A stretch of 64,000 nucleotides of DNA, from assembly GCA_030141605.1 (NCBI GenBank), contig JAQGDQ010000545.1, positions 81,924-145,923 on the forward strand. Direction: 5' to 3'. The notes beneath the pieces are model-generated. The model was not told the origin of the DNA. It worked only from the letters and a program-made list of their open reading frames with translations, and did no database searches. The position numbers and the translations under genes were made by a program. Numbering within the stretch: the stretch's first letter is position 1; every line of letters starts with the position of its first letter. Below are positions 1 to 14,520 of the stretch, one piece after another. The stretch is from Tubiluchus corallicola (taxonomy: Eukaryota > Animalia > Priapulida).

Positions 1-334
1 TGAACCAGTAGACGTGTCTTTATGATGGATGTAAACCACCCACAGCGGTCACCCATCTATTCACAGAGTGATCTCGTGTTGATTAACTTTAGTTGCTAAC
101 CACACACTATGCAATTTATTCCTGCCGCTCATTCAACAATTTCTGTATGGGGCCAAATGGTTAAAGTCGAACCCCAAAGACTCAAACAATGAGTATATAG
201 GATGCCACCAAATGTTATTCTTTCCAAATAAATGATCGCCAATTTATTTTAACTTTGCAACTAACTCGACTTCAGTTCAACTTTCACTTTTTTGCCACAG
301 TTCATAAGTTTAAACGATTTTTAATTTTGTTCAG

Positions 335-468
335 GTCGGAAGCCATTAGCGGGGCAATCATTCAACCGGAACCACTAGTGGATTACACGGCTCGAAATGT
401 GTCTCTAATTCTCGACTCAATTCTCAACGCTTCCAGATATGACAAGGCAATGCGGCCTGGGATGGGAG
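335..468 (+). CDS. Cys-loop channel subunit (GABA-A/GRD-like), first visible coding exon
   Basis: ttgttcag acceptor and GAG|gtgtgt donor. Encodes SEAISGAIIQPEPLVDYTARNVSLILDSILNASRYDKAMRPGMG, matching the N-terminal helix plus YD..RP motif of Cys-loop receptors. Phase 2 to 1. Confidence 0.88.
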
Positions 469-494
469 GTGTGTATATTTACAATTTTAATAAA

Positions 495-768
495 TCATCA
501 TCGTCATCATCATCATCGTCACAATCGTCATCATCGTCTTCATCGTCTTCATCATCGTCATCACCATCATCATTGCTGTCGTCGTTGTCGTCATCGTCTT
601 CATCATCGTAATCATCATCATCATCATCATCGTCATCGTCATCATCATCATCTTCATCATCATCATCATCATCATCATTATCATTGCCGTCGTCGTTGTC
701 GTCATCGTCATCATGATCATCTTCTTCTTTTTGTCATCATCATTATCATCATCACCATCATCTTCGTC
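495..768. repeat. (CAT/CGT)n compound microsatellite
   Basis: Directly visible. Confidence 0.95.
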
Positions 769-1971
769 CTCACCTTTTCTTTTTACCCCCATCTTCTCTT
801 ATTTTCTTGTTCTTCTTCCTAGTCATCAACGTTATTGTCTTTTTCTTCACGGGCTGGTCTCTTTTTTTCCTGCTCACTTTTTAGTCGTTCTTTTCTCTCT
901 ATTTCGAATGCACTTCAAATGCTAACCTGTGAGCAATGAACGAAATCTTCGTTACGCAGATAGAAAAACAGAAATCGTTTTTACTTCGCTGAATTCATTT
1001 TTCGTGTTGGTGATGAGAAGTCAATATCCTCTTCTGCAGTTTCCGTGCGCCTGTAGGATGTACCATTTACTGGCCAAACAGCCTCTTAAAAACAGTGTTT
1101 TGGGAAATTGAAACTCATAAACTGAGATATTCTTTATTACAAGAAGATTGTCCAAAATACGAGTGGAAATATAAGATGACTTCAATCTATGGACACAATT
1201 TTCAATACAGTGAAAGGTCAAGTACCCAGAAAACCAATAAAAGTACAGTTCATGAGTTATTGCCTTAAAGTTTTGCAAGAATGTTTTTCAAAGTTGGACT
1301 TTAATCATTTGCCATTAAAGTTGGGAATCTTATTCGTAATAATTTTGTGGTTACGATAAGAAATAAATTTCTGGAAATATGTCGTACAGTCGGAAGTGCA
1401 ATTAAGTTAATGCATTTGAAACAGCGTGTAAGACTGCCGCGACTAAGATCTTCATTTGCCGAAAAATTTGAATTTGAATTTTAAGACTGCAGTGAAATTC
1501 TATATCTGGTTAATTTTTATGATTAAAAAGATGAATTAAATTATTTGAAATAGAATTAAATTCCTGCCTTAATAGTAGCACAAAGATTTTCAGATTTAAA
1601 GGAAGCCAAGTTCTAAACTCGAATTTCTAAAATGAGTTTATCAGATTGCTTCTTACTCAGCTCGAGTAAAAGTATTACTACATTTCATAAACATAGCTAC
1701 TCAACATAGACTACCAACATAGACAATAAAAATGCACAGATCGGTAAGGTTCAGTGTACCAGCCTTGATGATTGGCTTAGGTTCTGCTCCTGCTACAATA
1801 GAGACGTCTTCACAGTATCTATAAAGAATATTGAGAATCATTCTCTGTCAAAACAATTGCACAAAGGCAAGTACTGCTTTATTTTTATAGTATTCTATCA
1901 ATCGATGTTACTGATGAAGGCCTCGTTTAGAGCTTCCAAGATTCCCACTTTATGTATTAATGGGCTCACAC

Positions 1972-2141
1972 TATCGTTCAAAACACTGTCATTCAAAACA
2001 CTGTCATTCAAAACACTCATTCAAAATACTGCCATTCAAGGCACTGTCATTCAAAACACTGTCGTTCAAAACACTGTCATTCAAAACACTGTCATTCAAA
2101 ATGCTGTCATTCAAATTACTGTCATTCAATACACTGTCATT
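1972..2141. repeat. 15-bp minisatellite (cattcaaaacactgt), ~11 units
   Basis: Directly visible; explains the TLSFK/NTVIQ repeat ORFs. Confidence 0.93.
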
Positions 2142-2829
2142 ATCGAGTTTGTCAATATTGAAGGGCCGCGTGGACGCCGAAAATGACAGTGAAATTTGAA
2201 TGTCGTTCAAGTTTGTCGATATCAAGCTAGTCTTGATTTCTCTCATTGTCTCTCGTCATTCTCGTAATGAATCGCCAATAATAAAGCGCGCTGGTGACTC
2301 AGCTAGAAGAATTCATCTACAGCGCATGCGTAAATGGCACGCTTTCACTAAAATAATGAATTATTAACAAAAATCGACTGCATAAATTGTACTTAATAAA
2401 CGACGTGCAGAAATTAATGAAGAAATTCCGTAAGTCATACGTAAGTTTTATAGACTTGTATAGGAAACGTACACGAACTTGCGCTCGTACTCAAACTTGT
2501 AAAAACGCAAGCTATGGTGCATTGACAACCCTTTCTGAAATATTTACAGATGAAAATTTATCCAGTAATAGATACACACTTGGTGCTATCCAAATGTAAT
2601 TTAAAAATCCATTTGCGCTTCTGCTTTTAATTGCTGAAATATTTGATAATACGTTCTTGTTTCATTTCTTTGCCGAAGTCCCTTTCTCTTTGATGTCACC
2701 TTCCCTTTGCAGCACATGGTAAAACAAAGCTTATTTTCACGCTAACAGTTTCGAAATGAAGAGAAGTTAGAGAACACCTCTTCAACAAATAGCTATGTGC
2801 AGAGTTATATGTAAGGCCTCTATTTGCAG

Positions 2830-3250
2830 GCTGATAACTCTGCACTGTATCATGAGATATCATGTATCATGTATATGAGAGTATATATACAACACAGTCA
2901 ATTACAATTATGTCCTAAATACAGGTACAACAAACTTGCTTATAAAACATCTTAGCAATTATTTATAATTATTAAGATCCATAGTAACAGAATTCACTCA
3001 CTGGGATTATTTAGATTACACTATTAGGAAAGTATTAAAAATTACAAACTTTTCTACATGCACGCTTTACTTACAAAAACATAAGAACAAGGACGATTGC
3101 TAACATTTAAGATAAAACCAGAACAAATTTTGCTTGAGTTATACATATATGTACATAAATATATATATACATATGTGTGCGTGAGCTAAAGTTTATGTTG
3201 TATTATGCATTTAATCCTTTTACATCCCTTTACAAACAGTATAAACTTGT
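2830..3250 (-). repeat. Interspersed repeat family E, inverted partner of 19080-19445
   Basis: gagtatatatac, cttataaaacat and tttaatccttttacatccct are reverse complements of blocks in 19080-19445. Confidence 0.72.
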
Positions 3251-4711
3251 CCAGTGAAAACTGGTCGTGTGGACAGAGTTCAGTGTTTTAAATGTCATTC
3301 TTTCGAAGGACCGTGTAGAGTGGTTGTTCATTTTGAGCATGAAATTTAAATCTTGAATGCGAATTTGTTCTTCTTAGTATTATTATCTCTCTTTTTAACA
3401 TTACCAAATTACTTACGTTGTGTATCAAATTATTCATTTTGAGCACTGACTTATTAAATTTAAACACCAACTCATTTTGAATAACGTATTACTCACTTAG
3501 AGCACCAAGTTACTCACGTTTGAGTATCAAGTATTTTTGTAGTTGGAGCGTTTGGTTACTGATGTTGAGTACCATTATTTAATCTTGAGTAGCAAGGTAG
3601 CATGCCCTAACTTAAGCACTCGTAGTCAGTGTAAGCACTAACTTAAGCAACTCGGTATTAGTTTTAACAAATAAATTATTGCAATTTTCAGTATTAAATT
3701 TACGCAGCAACACAGCCTGACACGTGACGTAATCTCTAGAACCCCATGTAAGGTCAGACCTGCTTCATATGACGTAAAAGGTTGATTTTAGGAAATATTC
3801 CCATCACGATTCTATTGTTCTATCAATGTAGAAAAGCGCGAGAAGGCAGAACTCTTGCGTGGGCGGGAATTCCCTATCTCCCAAAGGTGAGCATTCATCA
3901 TTTCCTAGGCAGCATCTTTTATAGCCGTATTTGTAACTACTCAGTTTGATATCCGACATAAAAAGCCCAGGAATTCCCAGATTGCTATAATGCTATTTCT
4001 AACAGATCAGTACACACTTTAAGAACCTGCGTAAATGAGTCAATATATTCATGCAAACCTTACAAGACGAAATCGATTTTGAAAACACTTCTTTTAAATA
4101 GTCTCACGTTTTATAAAACATTTTCTTACAAGAACAGAAAAGTCATTGTTTGGCATTGGGTGGCGCTTCCATGGGACCTCTTTTGTTGGAAAAGCAGTAA
4201 AGTATAATTAGCTTGATATTATAGTTTGGAGACCATTATAGCGTAAGAAGCCTTTCAACAGTTCCAGTGATTGATTATGATCGTGAAAAAGTCAAAGATT
4301 AAGTGTACCAGACAAGCATTTGTGTACATTTGACAACGCCTGGCAGCACATGCTATTGTAATACTAACAGTTTTAACAGCTAACTAGAACCTTACCTAGT
4401 TCATTTTCTCTTGTTCCCAAAAGATTCTGCTAGTAAATCACTCTACGCACAGACTAATGCATAATTAAGTAAAGTCCACGTAAAGCAACTGAAGTTACTT
4501 AACTGGTGCAGCAGGCGGCTTTGTTTTACCCACATGTTACTAATTAATTTGACTATTTTTGTGTGACCATTTACGTGACAGGAATTTGCCCCAACTGCGT
4601 CGTTCTTAGCGGTGCCCAAGCACTCACCTTTTACTAATCAGGCCTATCTCTGCAATATTTTGCCTGACCCTTGACAGGACCTAACTTATTACCAAGAACA
4701 ATCCTTAAAAG

Positions 4712-5320
4712 CAGAACCGGACTTAATCTTAAACTGTAAGTTAAAACAATCTATATTTTAAAATATTGAAAAGAAACGTGAAACAATTATTACCACACAA
4801 ACACAATTCCACGGTCGCGTCGCTCTTTGCTGTTACATGCATTTCGCCATTTGCTAGTTAGACGGGCACTAGCCCCTGTATTTCGGAAACGCATTACACA
4901 AAAAACAGGTGCTGTCCCTCTCATTTCAGATGTGTTAGTTTGTGACGTATTATTCACGTTCGACAGCTGAAACGCAGTTCAGATGTGTTAGTTTGTGACG
5001 AACTACACATGTTCGGCAGCTCATGCGTAAGCACAGCGGTAAATTTTGAAATTTGATTTTTTATCTTAGAACTTACCTAGTTTTAGTACTACACACTGAA
5101 TATGTTACAGTAGCACTGTACTTCAATTTTCGCTTTCACAAACACGTGAAACACGCTCATGGAATATTTTTGCTGTTGAATATTATGTTCGTTTGTGATG
5201 CCATCAGTAGTTGGGTTCGCCCGCCATTAATTAAGTTTTTAATCTATTAAGAAACGCTTTTGCAGTATTAATTATGTTTAAAAGTATATTTTTTATCGGA
5301 CTTGAAAATGGGGTAGTATA
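4712..5320 (+). repeat. Unclassified interspersed repeat family A (~570 bp)
   Basis: Shared blocks such as cagatgtgttagtttgtgacg and agcactgtacttcaattttcgc with 7535-8125, 25755-25930 (partial), 36925-37510 and 48985-49575(-). This copy has a ~52-bp internal duplication. Confidence 0.8.
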
Positions 5321-6489
5321 TAGCAAATGTGGCATGAAAACACTTGATTACTAATATTTGGTTGAAATTGAATTGGACTTTCATATACCAGAGCAAGTAT
5401 GCGAAGCAGCACTAATCATCGTCACCACCAATGATACTGTAACACAAAGTTTTGATAACAAAAAAACTTCTTGGGTCCTATATGGGGCACTATATGAAAA
5501 ATCATTCTACCTTCCTTTAAAGGTGCGACGTTAACCAGCACAATGACAGAGTCGCTGTCCAGTTACTAACCTGGCCCAGCGTTGCTTAACCACAGCCACT
5601 ATCGTGAAATGTAACTAATACAACCATGTAATAATGACGAATCGTATAGAATTTATATTAGTGCCATCACCCACTCCACTAACATATGACTCCAATGTCG
5701 AATTTCTGCATAATCAAATATCAGAACTGTTTAATTTCGTGAGGGGAAAAGCTATTATTTGCAGAAAGTATCAAGCCTTTTCCACTTATTTGCATAGCGA
5801 TGTTCTCAATCATTTTTTCCTAGTGAGAGTGAGTGAAGTGCTTCGTAGGATAATTTCTCTTGGGTAGGCTTCACGGGGGAAGCAACGATTGTGGGATAGA
5901 ATTTAGGTTGGGATCGGGAAAGAAAAAGTTGAAATTATAAATAATTCTGTGTTGATTTTGTATTTTGCTGATTTTTTTTATTTTATGTGGGGCTACTGCA
6001 GTGCACATAATGATATAGTGTTGGTATTGCTTTCTCGCACGTTTGCCTGTTCATTTACAGTTTAGGCGACTAAAGTTGATGGTGTGTCAGTAACGTAAAC
6101 TGCTCAATATAAACTCTGTCACTGCTGCAGAGCCAACAATGTTCTGACGTCATTGTATATATTACTTCGACATCATTATCCAATGAATCATACATTCAGA
6201 GGGCATGATTCTGTTTACCTCCCTATGCCAGGACTCTTTACTCTCTGCAACATCCCAATTGCATTTATCTCTAAGAATTAGTGCTGAAGTGTTTAAATTT
6301 TTCTGTGCAAAATCTAATTATGTTAATATTTGTCCTCCTGCAGTTCTTTGGCTGGTGCTATTGCTTGTTCTTTCACTGAATTATCATCAGGTACTCTAAG
6401 CGTATGCCCAATCCATCTTAAACGACGTCTTTTTATTTTCTTGTCCAAGGTTCTTTCATTTTTTCGTGTAGACTTTCATTTGAGGTGTC

Positions 6490-6684
6490 TCTCAGTTACG
6501 TCATAATTTTCAAACAAATGGCGGCAACCACCACGCCTGAAAATTTCTATTCAGAGGTAGTATATTTTAGATTTATGCTTTATAGAAAGTTTTTTGCAAA
6601 GTTCTCTGTTGCATTCTTCTAAGTTTAAATGATAACAATAAAATAAACCGGACATATTGAGTGGTGAGTTGTCCTTTTCTTTAA
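6490..6684 (+). mobile_element. Kolobok-like element family B, 3' fragment
   Basis: ggcggcaaccaccacgcctgaaaatttctattcagaggtag...ttttctttaa, shared with 50530-50696. Confidence 0.7.
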
Positions 6685-7534
6685 ATGTCACTGATCGCCA
6701 AACCTCTTACGCCTATCGTATTAAGATTAACTCGTTCAGAAAGCAGCAAATTGATTTAATTTGCAGTAATTCTTCTGGTCATTCATCGTTTTTGACTTTA
6801 CTACGTGTCCGTCGAATCATTGCGTGTCAGCAAGCAGGGAAACCTTCAATTCACGTATGCAATAGCTAAACGAAACCATTAGGGGTGATGTATGGGTCTC
6901 GCTAGTTATCTAACGTTGGTGAGAAGACCAAAGTTCTGTCAAATGGCCACACATGAAATTGCTATTCCAATTGCTAGTTGATGCATTACACAGGCGGATA
7001 CAGGTCTAACAAATATTTGTCAGTGACCGCTAGGGGTAGCTAGCAGCTGCACAGGAAATACGTCAGCGTCACTTCCGTAGAAAAAGTTAGGAAAGCCAGG
7101 GACAAATATGTTTTATATGTAACAAATATATTCTCCTGTCATGGGGTGTTCGCAGGAGTGTCAATTAGTTCTGCATCCGCCATTGTTTGTATTCCGTGCT
7201 TTGAATCGGGTTTATTTTCATTTGCAATATTCGGTCTGCAGAGATGGAACTGATGCATAAATTTTCACATATTGCTTTATAAAGGACAAAGACGGAATGT
7301 ATTGGAAAGTTTCTCGCAAAATTTATACCACTTTAACGTCGTCCAGTAAAAACCGAGTAACCGAATGGACCCATAAACTCACTTTTTATTATATGTTAAT
7401 AAATTAAAAACATGCCAAATCGGACTGTGCAAGCTGCAGATTTCGAATTCTATTGACTTTATAGACACATTGAAGATTCCGACTGAAACCTCCAAGTGCT
7501 AAAGAATCTGTTGCTCTTGGAGAACTCAAACTTA

Positions 7535-8125
7535 CTTAAACTGTAGGACAAAACAATCAACTCTTTAAAATATTGAAAGGAAACATACCATTTTTCCAAA
7601 AATGGCTTACGTGAAAGAATTATTACCTCACAAACACAATTTCACGTTCGCGCCACTAGTTCTTCGCTGATGCATTTCGCCTTTAGACGGGTACTAGTGC
7701 CTGCATTTCGGAAATGCCTTGCACAAAAACAGGTGCTGTACATCTCAGTTCAGATGTGTTAGTTTGTGACGAACTACACACGTTCGACAGCTCATGCATG
7801 AGTACAACGGTAAAATTGAAATTTGAATTTTAATCTTAAAACTTGCCTAGTCTTAACACAACACACTGAATATGTTACAGTAGCACTGTACTTCAATTTT
7901 CGCTTTCACAAATACGTGAAACACGCTCGTGAAATATTTTTGCTGTTGAAAATTATGTTAGTTTGTGATGTCATTAATATTTGTGCTCGCCTGTCGTTAA
8001 TTAAGCTTTTAGTCTATTATTTAATTATCAGAAACGCTTTTGCAGTTTTAATTGTGTTAAAATTTATACTTTTTATAGGACTTGAAAATGAGGTCTTTTT
8101 TAAAAACCATCCTCTCTTTCTTAAA
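7535..8125 (+). repeat. Interspersed repeat family A
   Basis: Colinear with 4712-5320 and 36925-37510. Confidence 0.8.
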
Positions 8126-8129
8126 ACCT

Positions 8130-8594
8130 AGGAAAATATAACAAAGAAATTTGCAAAAAGCTGCACATAAAGCATAAATTTAAAATATACTACCTCTGAA
8201 TAGAAATTTTCAGACCTGGTGGTTGCCGCCATTCACATGAAAATCATGACGTAGTTGATAGACTTCGTAACTTTTCGCAAGCGCGTCGTGGCTTTCCGTA
8301 AGGGCGCGCTGCGTAAACTAATTCGAACTTCTGCAACTTACATAATGATCACGCAAAAATATTACGAAGTTAGCTATCTAAATCTTTGTAAATACTTTTG
8401 CCGAAGATTGATCATCAGGACGAATGACGTCATTAGAAGAAGAATGGGCATTGCAAATGGGAGCGTATGAAACATAAAGTGATTTTACTAACTAAGCGTG
8501 GCGCATATTGCAATTTTGTTACTAAATCCTTCTAACATTTTTTGCGAACATTTAAATAAGCCTAACCTCCCAGAAGGCTTGACTTTTCCTTTGA
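8130..8594 (-). mobile_element. Kolobok-like element family B, inverted truncated copy
   Basis: tacctctgaatagaaattttcag...ttgacttttcctttgaa; abuts a family A copy. Confidence 0.7.
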
Positions 8595-9844
8595 AAGAGT
8601 TTACAGCATTTTTCAATTGTTTTATCATTTTTCAAAGCATACACGTATTTTTTAAATAAAACAATGTTTGTGGTTTAAATACGTTGGTAAAAAAATCGGT
8701 AAATACGAACAAAAATAGAGGCAAGTTATATTTTTAAAACTTGGCGTGTTTGTGTTTCCGTTCGTTTGTTCACTTTTTTTTGCTTTTTCGTTTGTTTATT
8801 TGTTAGTACGCGTCTTCGCCCGGTAATTTATTTTTAGTTTGCTTGCTTGTCCATTTGTCCTTTCGTCGTCGTCGCCACTGTCGTCTTTGTGTCCCTACGA
8901 TTCGAAAACAGTCAAACATATTTCATAGTAACTTTGTCATTAAAATCATCAGTTCTTTTATTGGTCCTCTTATCATTTTTCAATCAACGTCTTTACGTCC
9001 TTGAAATGATATCCTTGTACTTTAAAATCTCTTAATTTCTAACTTGAATTGCATGAATTATGGCTATTAATTACGTGAAGACGGTTAAAGGTCAAGGTCA
9101 TCGACGTTCTTTTCAAAAACATAATCACAATTACATTTTCAACCCGGGGAAATTAGAAAGAAATAGGGAAACTGGAGTAGAGATCCATTTAGCTGTGACT
9201 GTTGTACTAAAGTTGAAGGTTATTTGAAGGTTACAGTGCTAAGAATGTCAGCGTCTGTGGTTTTAGCAAATTATGTGATTGTGATCTTGACCTTAACCTT
9301 GACCTTAAATCTACTCTCACAGGTTAAACTCGTTTCTAATACCATTTTAATTGATAGCAATGCAAATTAAGAAAAATATCTGATAACTGAGCAGGCAAGT
9401 ACAAGCGTCTACTACTTCACTAGTTCTATTTTTTTAGGTAAGCTGTGACTATGTAGAGCTTCAAGCGAAAGTAGGTTTATTTTCAAAATAAACCGAGATC
9501 TTGTTGTATCAAATATCCACTGACAAATCCTGATCCTGCCCCTGTGGACGGGAATCGCCCAGAAAAACAGCATAAATAAAGCGTCCCAGTCATCGGTTTG
9601 GGCGTCTGCCGTTGTCGGGCTTCAAATTACCCGCCCGTGGCAATCTGGGAAATCTTGGGGATTACCAAGACCTGCGGGAGATGGGTGAAACGCTAGCCAG
9701 GCCATGTTTTGACTAGTTTTACAAGAAATGTTGCGATTCCACTCTAAATTTAGCACGATTTTGCTTTTCTTGGATTTTATGCAGAGGCCCCATGCGTGGT
9801 GTGGCTAAAAATAGGCAGAGAACGCCACGGTTACATTCAGATCA

Positions 9845-10390
9845 TACAGCAAAAAACGCCTCGGGTCCGAAAATGTTCGAGTTATGCAAAAGTTCGAGTT
9901 AGACATTGTTCGTAAAAAACAAAATTGAGTGCTCGTCAAACGTCGGACAATAAACTACAGCCTATGAAAATGACAAATTGAGCCTTTAATCAGATATCAA
10001 ACAACAGAATTTTTATGAATAATAAAAAATTAACTGGTTCACCTCTATTGTAGTGTGAGTAGCATGGTTAATAGAATTTAGCAATCATAATATTGTAATT
10101 TAGTTATTAAACCACGTTAGTTAAGCCATGTTGTTTTCAGCATTCAGCAAAGGTAATACAAGAAATCTTAGCATTTTTGCTGAAACTACTTATGGTGCAC
10201 ACTTCTTGCTTGGGCGGTTTGTGCCAGTAATTCGATTCTGGTGATAATTCGAGTTACAGATTTTGAGTTACGAGTTTCGAGTTACGTGGTAAAGAGAAAA
10301 ATGAAAGGGAAAACCCGTACCACGAGATCTGTTCGAGATATGCAAGAGTTCGAGTTATAAGTGGTCGAATTATACGTAGTTTAATAGTTC
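9845..10390. mobile_element. Degenerate pogo/Tigger-type MITE
   Basis: Starts tacag; gttcgagtta motif repeated in clusters at both ends. Confidence 0.45.
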
Positions 10391-12050
10391 GTTTGCATTT
10401 AAAGGTCCTATGACACTATTTTTATGTTATTCTCTTTTAAAAAGTAGGCGGAGTTACATATTTCGTAACTTTTAAAACAGTTTGGATGCATGATTTTATG
10501 TGATATGGTAACTTAAATTAAGCGCCGTTGGTACTGTCACAAATATTACTGCCCGCCATGACACTCAGCACTGTGACGTCATGTTAGGAAGCGGCAATTA
10601 ACAGCCGCAGTACAGTAGACAGCCAGTGGCCTCAGCAAGCAGAGCACTGTGAACTCCGAACAGAACGGTTATTGCTGAGTAATGATTTATCTATTAATAA
10701 AAACGTTTCTTACTATAGTATTTTTCTATTTATAGCAAATAAACTTATAAGAATCAGTTTTTATTTTACAAACCTGCAAGGAACAGCAAATTTATAGTAA
10801 CAAACACAGTATACAGAGCACTATGATGTTATTGTACCATTATTTAAACTGTGTGTAGGCTGTATGAACAATAGGTGTGCCGATCAAGCTGCAAGTTAGT
10901 TAGTAGATACTATTTTGGGTTAGATGCACAGTAAGCAAATATTCATTCCTACAGGCGGTGTTTCTACCCTGCATTGTCGTTATTTAAAAATTGAAAAGTC
11001 GTATAATTTGTAATATGGCTGTCACGTATCTCTACTGGGAAATAACGAAAAGTAATATCAGTCAATGTTCGTTTTGCTTGGCTATTAATACCATATCTGA
11101 TTCAACTAAATTAACTGTGATGAAGACAGTGGTGAAGCCCTACATGCCTTTCACAGATTATATAACTCTGTATACGAAAGAAAACCGGAAGAAAAGGGAT
11201 TTTTAAGTATGTCTCAAAAAACTTTAGACACAAAGTCATGTTACTTTGCAGTATGTTTGCCTGTCTTGAAAGATTTGTGTTACTGAAAAAGAAAATCCTT
11301 AAGCACAAGAAAACACTTTTCATAAACAAAGCTTAAAATTCGACTTGAAATTTTGTGTCACATGCATGCTGTCTTATTGCGCACAGAGCTTGCATTTGCA
11401 ACAACACTGTATAAAACTTTAAATTAAGTGTAAATTTAAACTCTTTTAGGCGCAGCCGGAAGTCGTCTGATACATATTTAGATAACATTGCGTAAAACTT
11501 AAAAAAATAATCAGAGCATTCGCTGCATATCCTTCGCTAACTAAGCAAAAGTATAAATTACTTTATATTGTTAATAAGGTCAATAATGTGTTTTTTTTTT
11601 GGTGAGTTAGTGGTGCACACTGGGATAGTGAGTCAGTGACGTTTTACCAGGCGGTGCGAAATTTTCAAGTTATTAAGAATTTTATTTTCCAATTACATTA
11701 TTCTTTGAAAAGGTAAGTGCAATGCTAGTTAATATAACTTTATGTGGAAAGTTCTGTTGGGATATACTTTTTTTTTCTTTTCTTTTCCTTTAATAATTTA
11801 AAATGTTTGTGCCAACTGGCAAAGCGTTACTGTATTACCATCCCAGTGGCAGCACCGGCTCACTAAAATATATTATTGATCTTGTTGACAACGTAAAGTA
11901 ATTTAAGCTTTTGTTTAGTTAGTGAAGTTATAGTGTTACTGTTAATACGAGCCCTGTATGCAATAAGACAGCATGGAAGTGATAGAAAATTTCATGACGA
12001 ATATTTTTTTAGCTTATTGTAAGAATAGTGTTTAGCAAACGTCGTTAAAT

Positions 12051-12190
<140 letters not shown>

Positions 12191-12966
12191 AATTTATTGA
12201 CTGGTAACAGTCCATTCTAATCAATCCATTCAAACCAAATTACATTTTGGTTTTAGAAGTTATTTGTGTTCTTAAATTCACTAACTGACCAAAAGAAAGA
12301 TCCTGGTTTCACTTTACTATTTGGATTTTGTTTTTACCTCTCTGATTCACGAAACGTTGTAACACTGCTACGTTCACATGTCAATACAACTTCTCTCTAT
12401 CGCTAGGTAAACAGCCAGACCCAGCATGGCGAATAAATCTGCTAATCTGCTAAAATGATTGAGTAATTAGAGCAGTTAGTGATTACTGTCTAGGATAGAT
12501 ATACTAATAGTTAGAAACCGCATAAATTACTTCTTTCTGGAAAAGTTAATTAAATTTTCTTTCAAAACTTCACTGATTCTGTCCGAATGCACAGGCCTGC
12601 TCGCCTAGATACTAAAGCAAAATCAAGACACTTAGTGACCTAAAGTTGTTTAAATGCATAAACATCTTGGCCAATTGCATTTTATAAAATACCAGCAATA
12701 AGCGTTACGCATTCATTGTAGGCGAATGTATTTCTTTGTAGTCTAGCCATCAGCGGACACCATCGAACAACATCAAAATGTCAAAATATTGCAGGCGATT
12801 CCCAGTTAATGGAGAATGATGTGTGCTCGCAGAAATCAAGAGACAGCCCTTTAGGGAAGCAGCAAAAGAGAAATAAAACCCCGCCTTCAACCGCAATTAT
12901 CAGTATTTCAAGAAACAGGATGTCAAAGAAATTAGGTATCAGGACACTTCGTAGTCTTGAATAATA

Positions 12967-13481
12967 TTAAAGGAAAGGTCAAGCGCTTCTGAGATGCTTG
13001 GCGTTTTTCAATGTTCGTGAAAAATATCAGAAAGATTTAGTAAGTAAAAAGTCTCGATCATTTCGCGTTTGGGCGCGTCCATTTTGAACGCCGATTCTTC
13101 CACCAATGACGTCAGCTGAAGAAAAGCAGCGCACTGTTACTTTCCGTCAAATGTACAATAGTTTTTTACAGAAAAAAGTAGATAGATAATTTTATGATAT
13201 TTTTGGATGAATATTAGGCAGGGAGCAGAAGTTTTGAATTATTTTAAGCAGCGCATGAGGAAAGCCATGATGTGCTTACGAAAAGTCACGAAATCCACCA
13301 GTTATGTCACCATATTTCAAGTGAATGGCGGCTACCTCCGCACCTAAACATTTCTATTCGGATGTAGTATAAATTAACTTTGCGCATTATAGACAGTTTT
13401 ATTTTATTTGTCATATTTTTCTAGCTTTAAATGATAGCAGTAAAATAAGCCCAACACGTAGTAACTTGTCCTTTTCTTTAA
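12967..13481 (+). mobile_element. Kolobok-like non-autonomous element (family B)
   Basis: TTAA|AGGAAAG ... CTTTTCT|TTAA termini. Homologous copies at 6490-6684, 8130-8594(-), 19882-20438(-), 43066-43635, 50149-50696 and 55127-55502. Confidence 0.75.
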
Positions 13482-14199
13482 GCTATGCCTTGCCAGAAGC
13501 CAAAGTTCGTGTATACAGCGACACGTAGAGTATACACTCCCCATCCCTCGAGTGTGTCGATTGGACGCTTACTCAAGTTATTATTGTATAATATTTGGCG
13601 GAGTTTTAAAATAATATAGTATTAACCATATTCATTGAACAATTGAGTAAATCAAATTACAAGAAACAAAGAAAAAACTAGACTCAAGAAACATTATACT
13701 GCGGAATAAAGGAATCACATGAATGTGGTAAAATGGGTTCAGGCACAAAAAACGCATACAACAGAGCAACATACATACATATCATTAACTTTGTATTACA
13801 TGTATGTATGTCAGTCATTCAGGCTTGTACTGAGTTATCTCAGTCTGTTCTATCTTCAAATATTTTGTGGACGGATCTAGCTTTAATTTTAATAACTTCT
13901 ACATCTTGTGACGCATTTAAGAACACGAACCGTTCATTAGGAGACATATAATGAAAGTTAGGACAGAAATCAGAAAGAATACAAAAACATTCCTTTCTTA
14001 CATGAGCGTGGACATTCAGTAATTACATGCAATTCATCCTCTACTTTGTTCACAAAACAATTTTTCATACTCGTTGTTCTACAGATATTTTTTGGCTTAT
14101 GATATTTAATGATTTCAATTGCTAATTTATGAGTACTTTATGAGATAGTATAGTAATATCTCTATTTACCATAATATATTGAGAATCATAACAAAATAT

Positions 14200-14520
14200 T
14201 AAGATACTTAGTCAGTGATAGTTAAAAACATACACTGTTGGAGGCAAATGCGTCAGTTTAAAGTCCAAATTACAGGTGTAAAAAATAAAAAATAACGTTA
14301 AACTTAAACTTTACATATTTTACATATTTACAAACTGACTATCAGTAAAATTAAGTCATTTAACGTGGCCTGGAGTAAATGAATTCTGCATTAGTGTGTA
14401 AATTGTGTAAGTTGCGCATTCAAATCTTGACATCATTAGTGCTTTTGTTTTTGTTTTGAATGCGGTTAATGATTTAATACGTTTGATTTCAACTGGCAGT
14501 GAATTCCAGAGCTGGATGGC
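14200..14520 (-). mobile_element. L2-type LINE 3' remnant
   Basis: Minus strand reads AIQLWNSLPVEIKRIKSLTAFKTK, the WN.LP..F K terminal motif. Confidence 0.6.

Noticed and set aside
439-925. His-rich, Ser-rich and Met-rich ORFs
   Set aside because: Translations of an intronic (CAT)n microsatellite downstream of the donor at 469.
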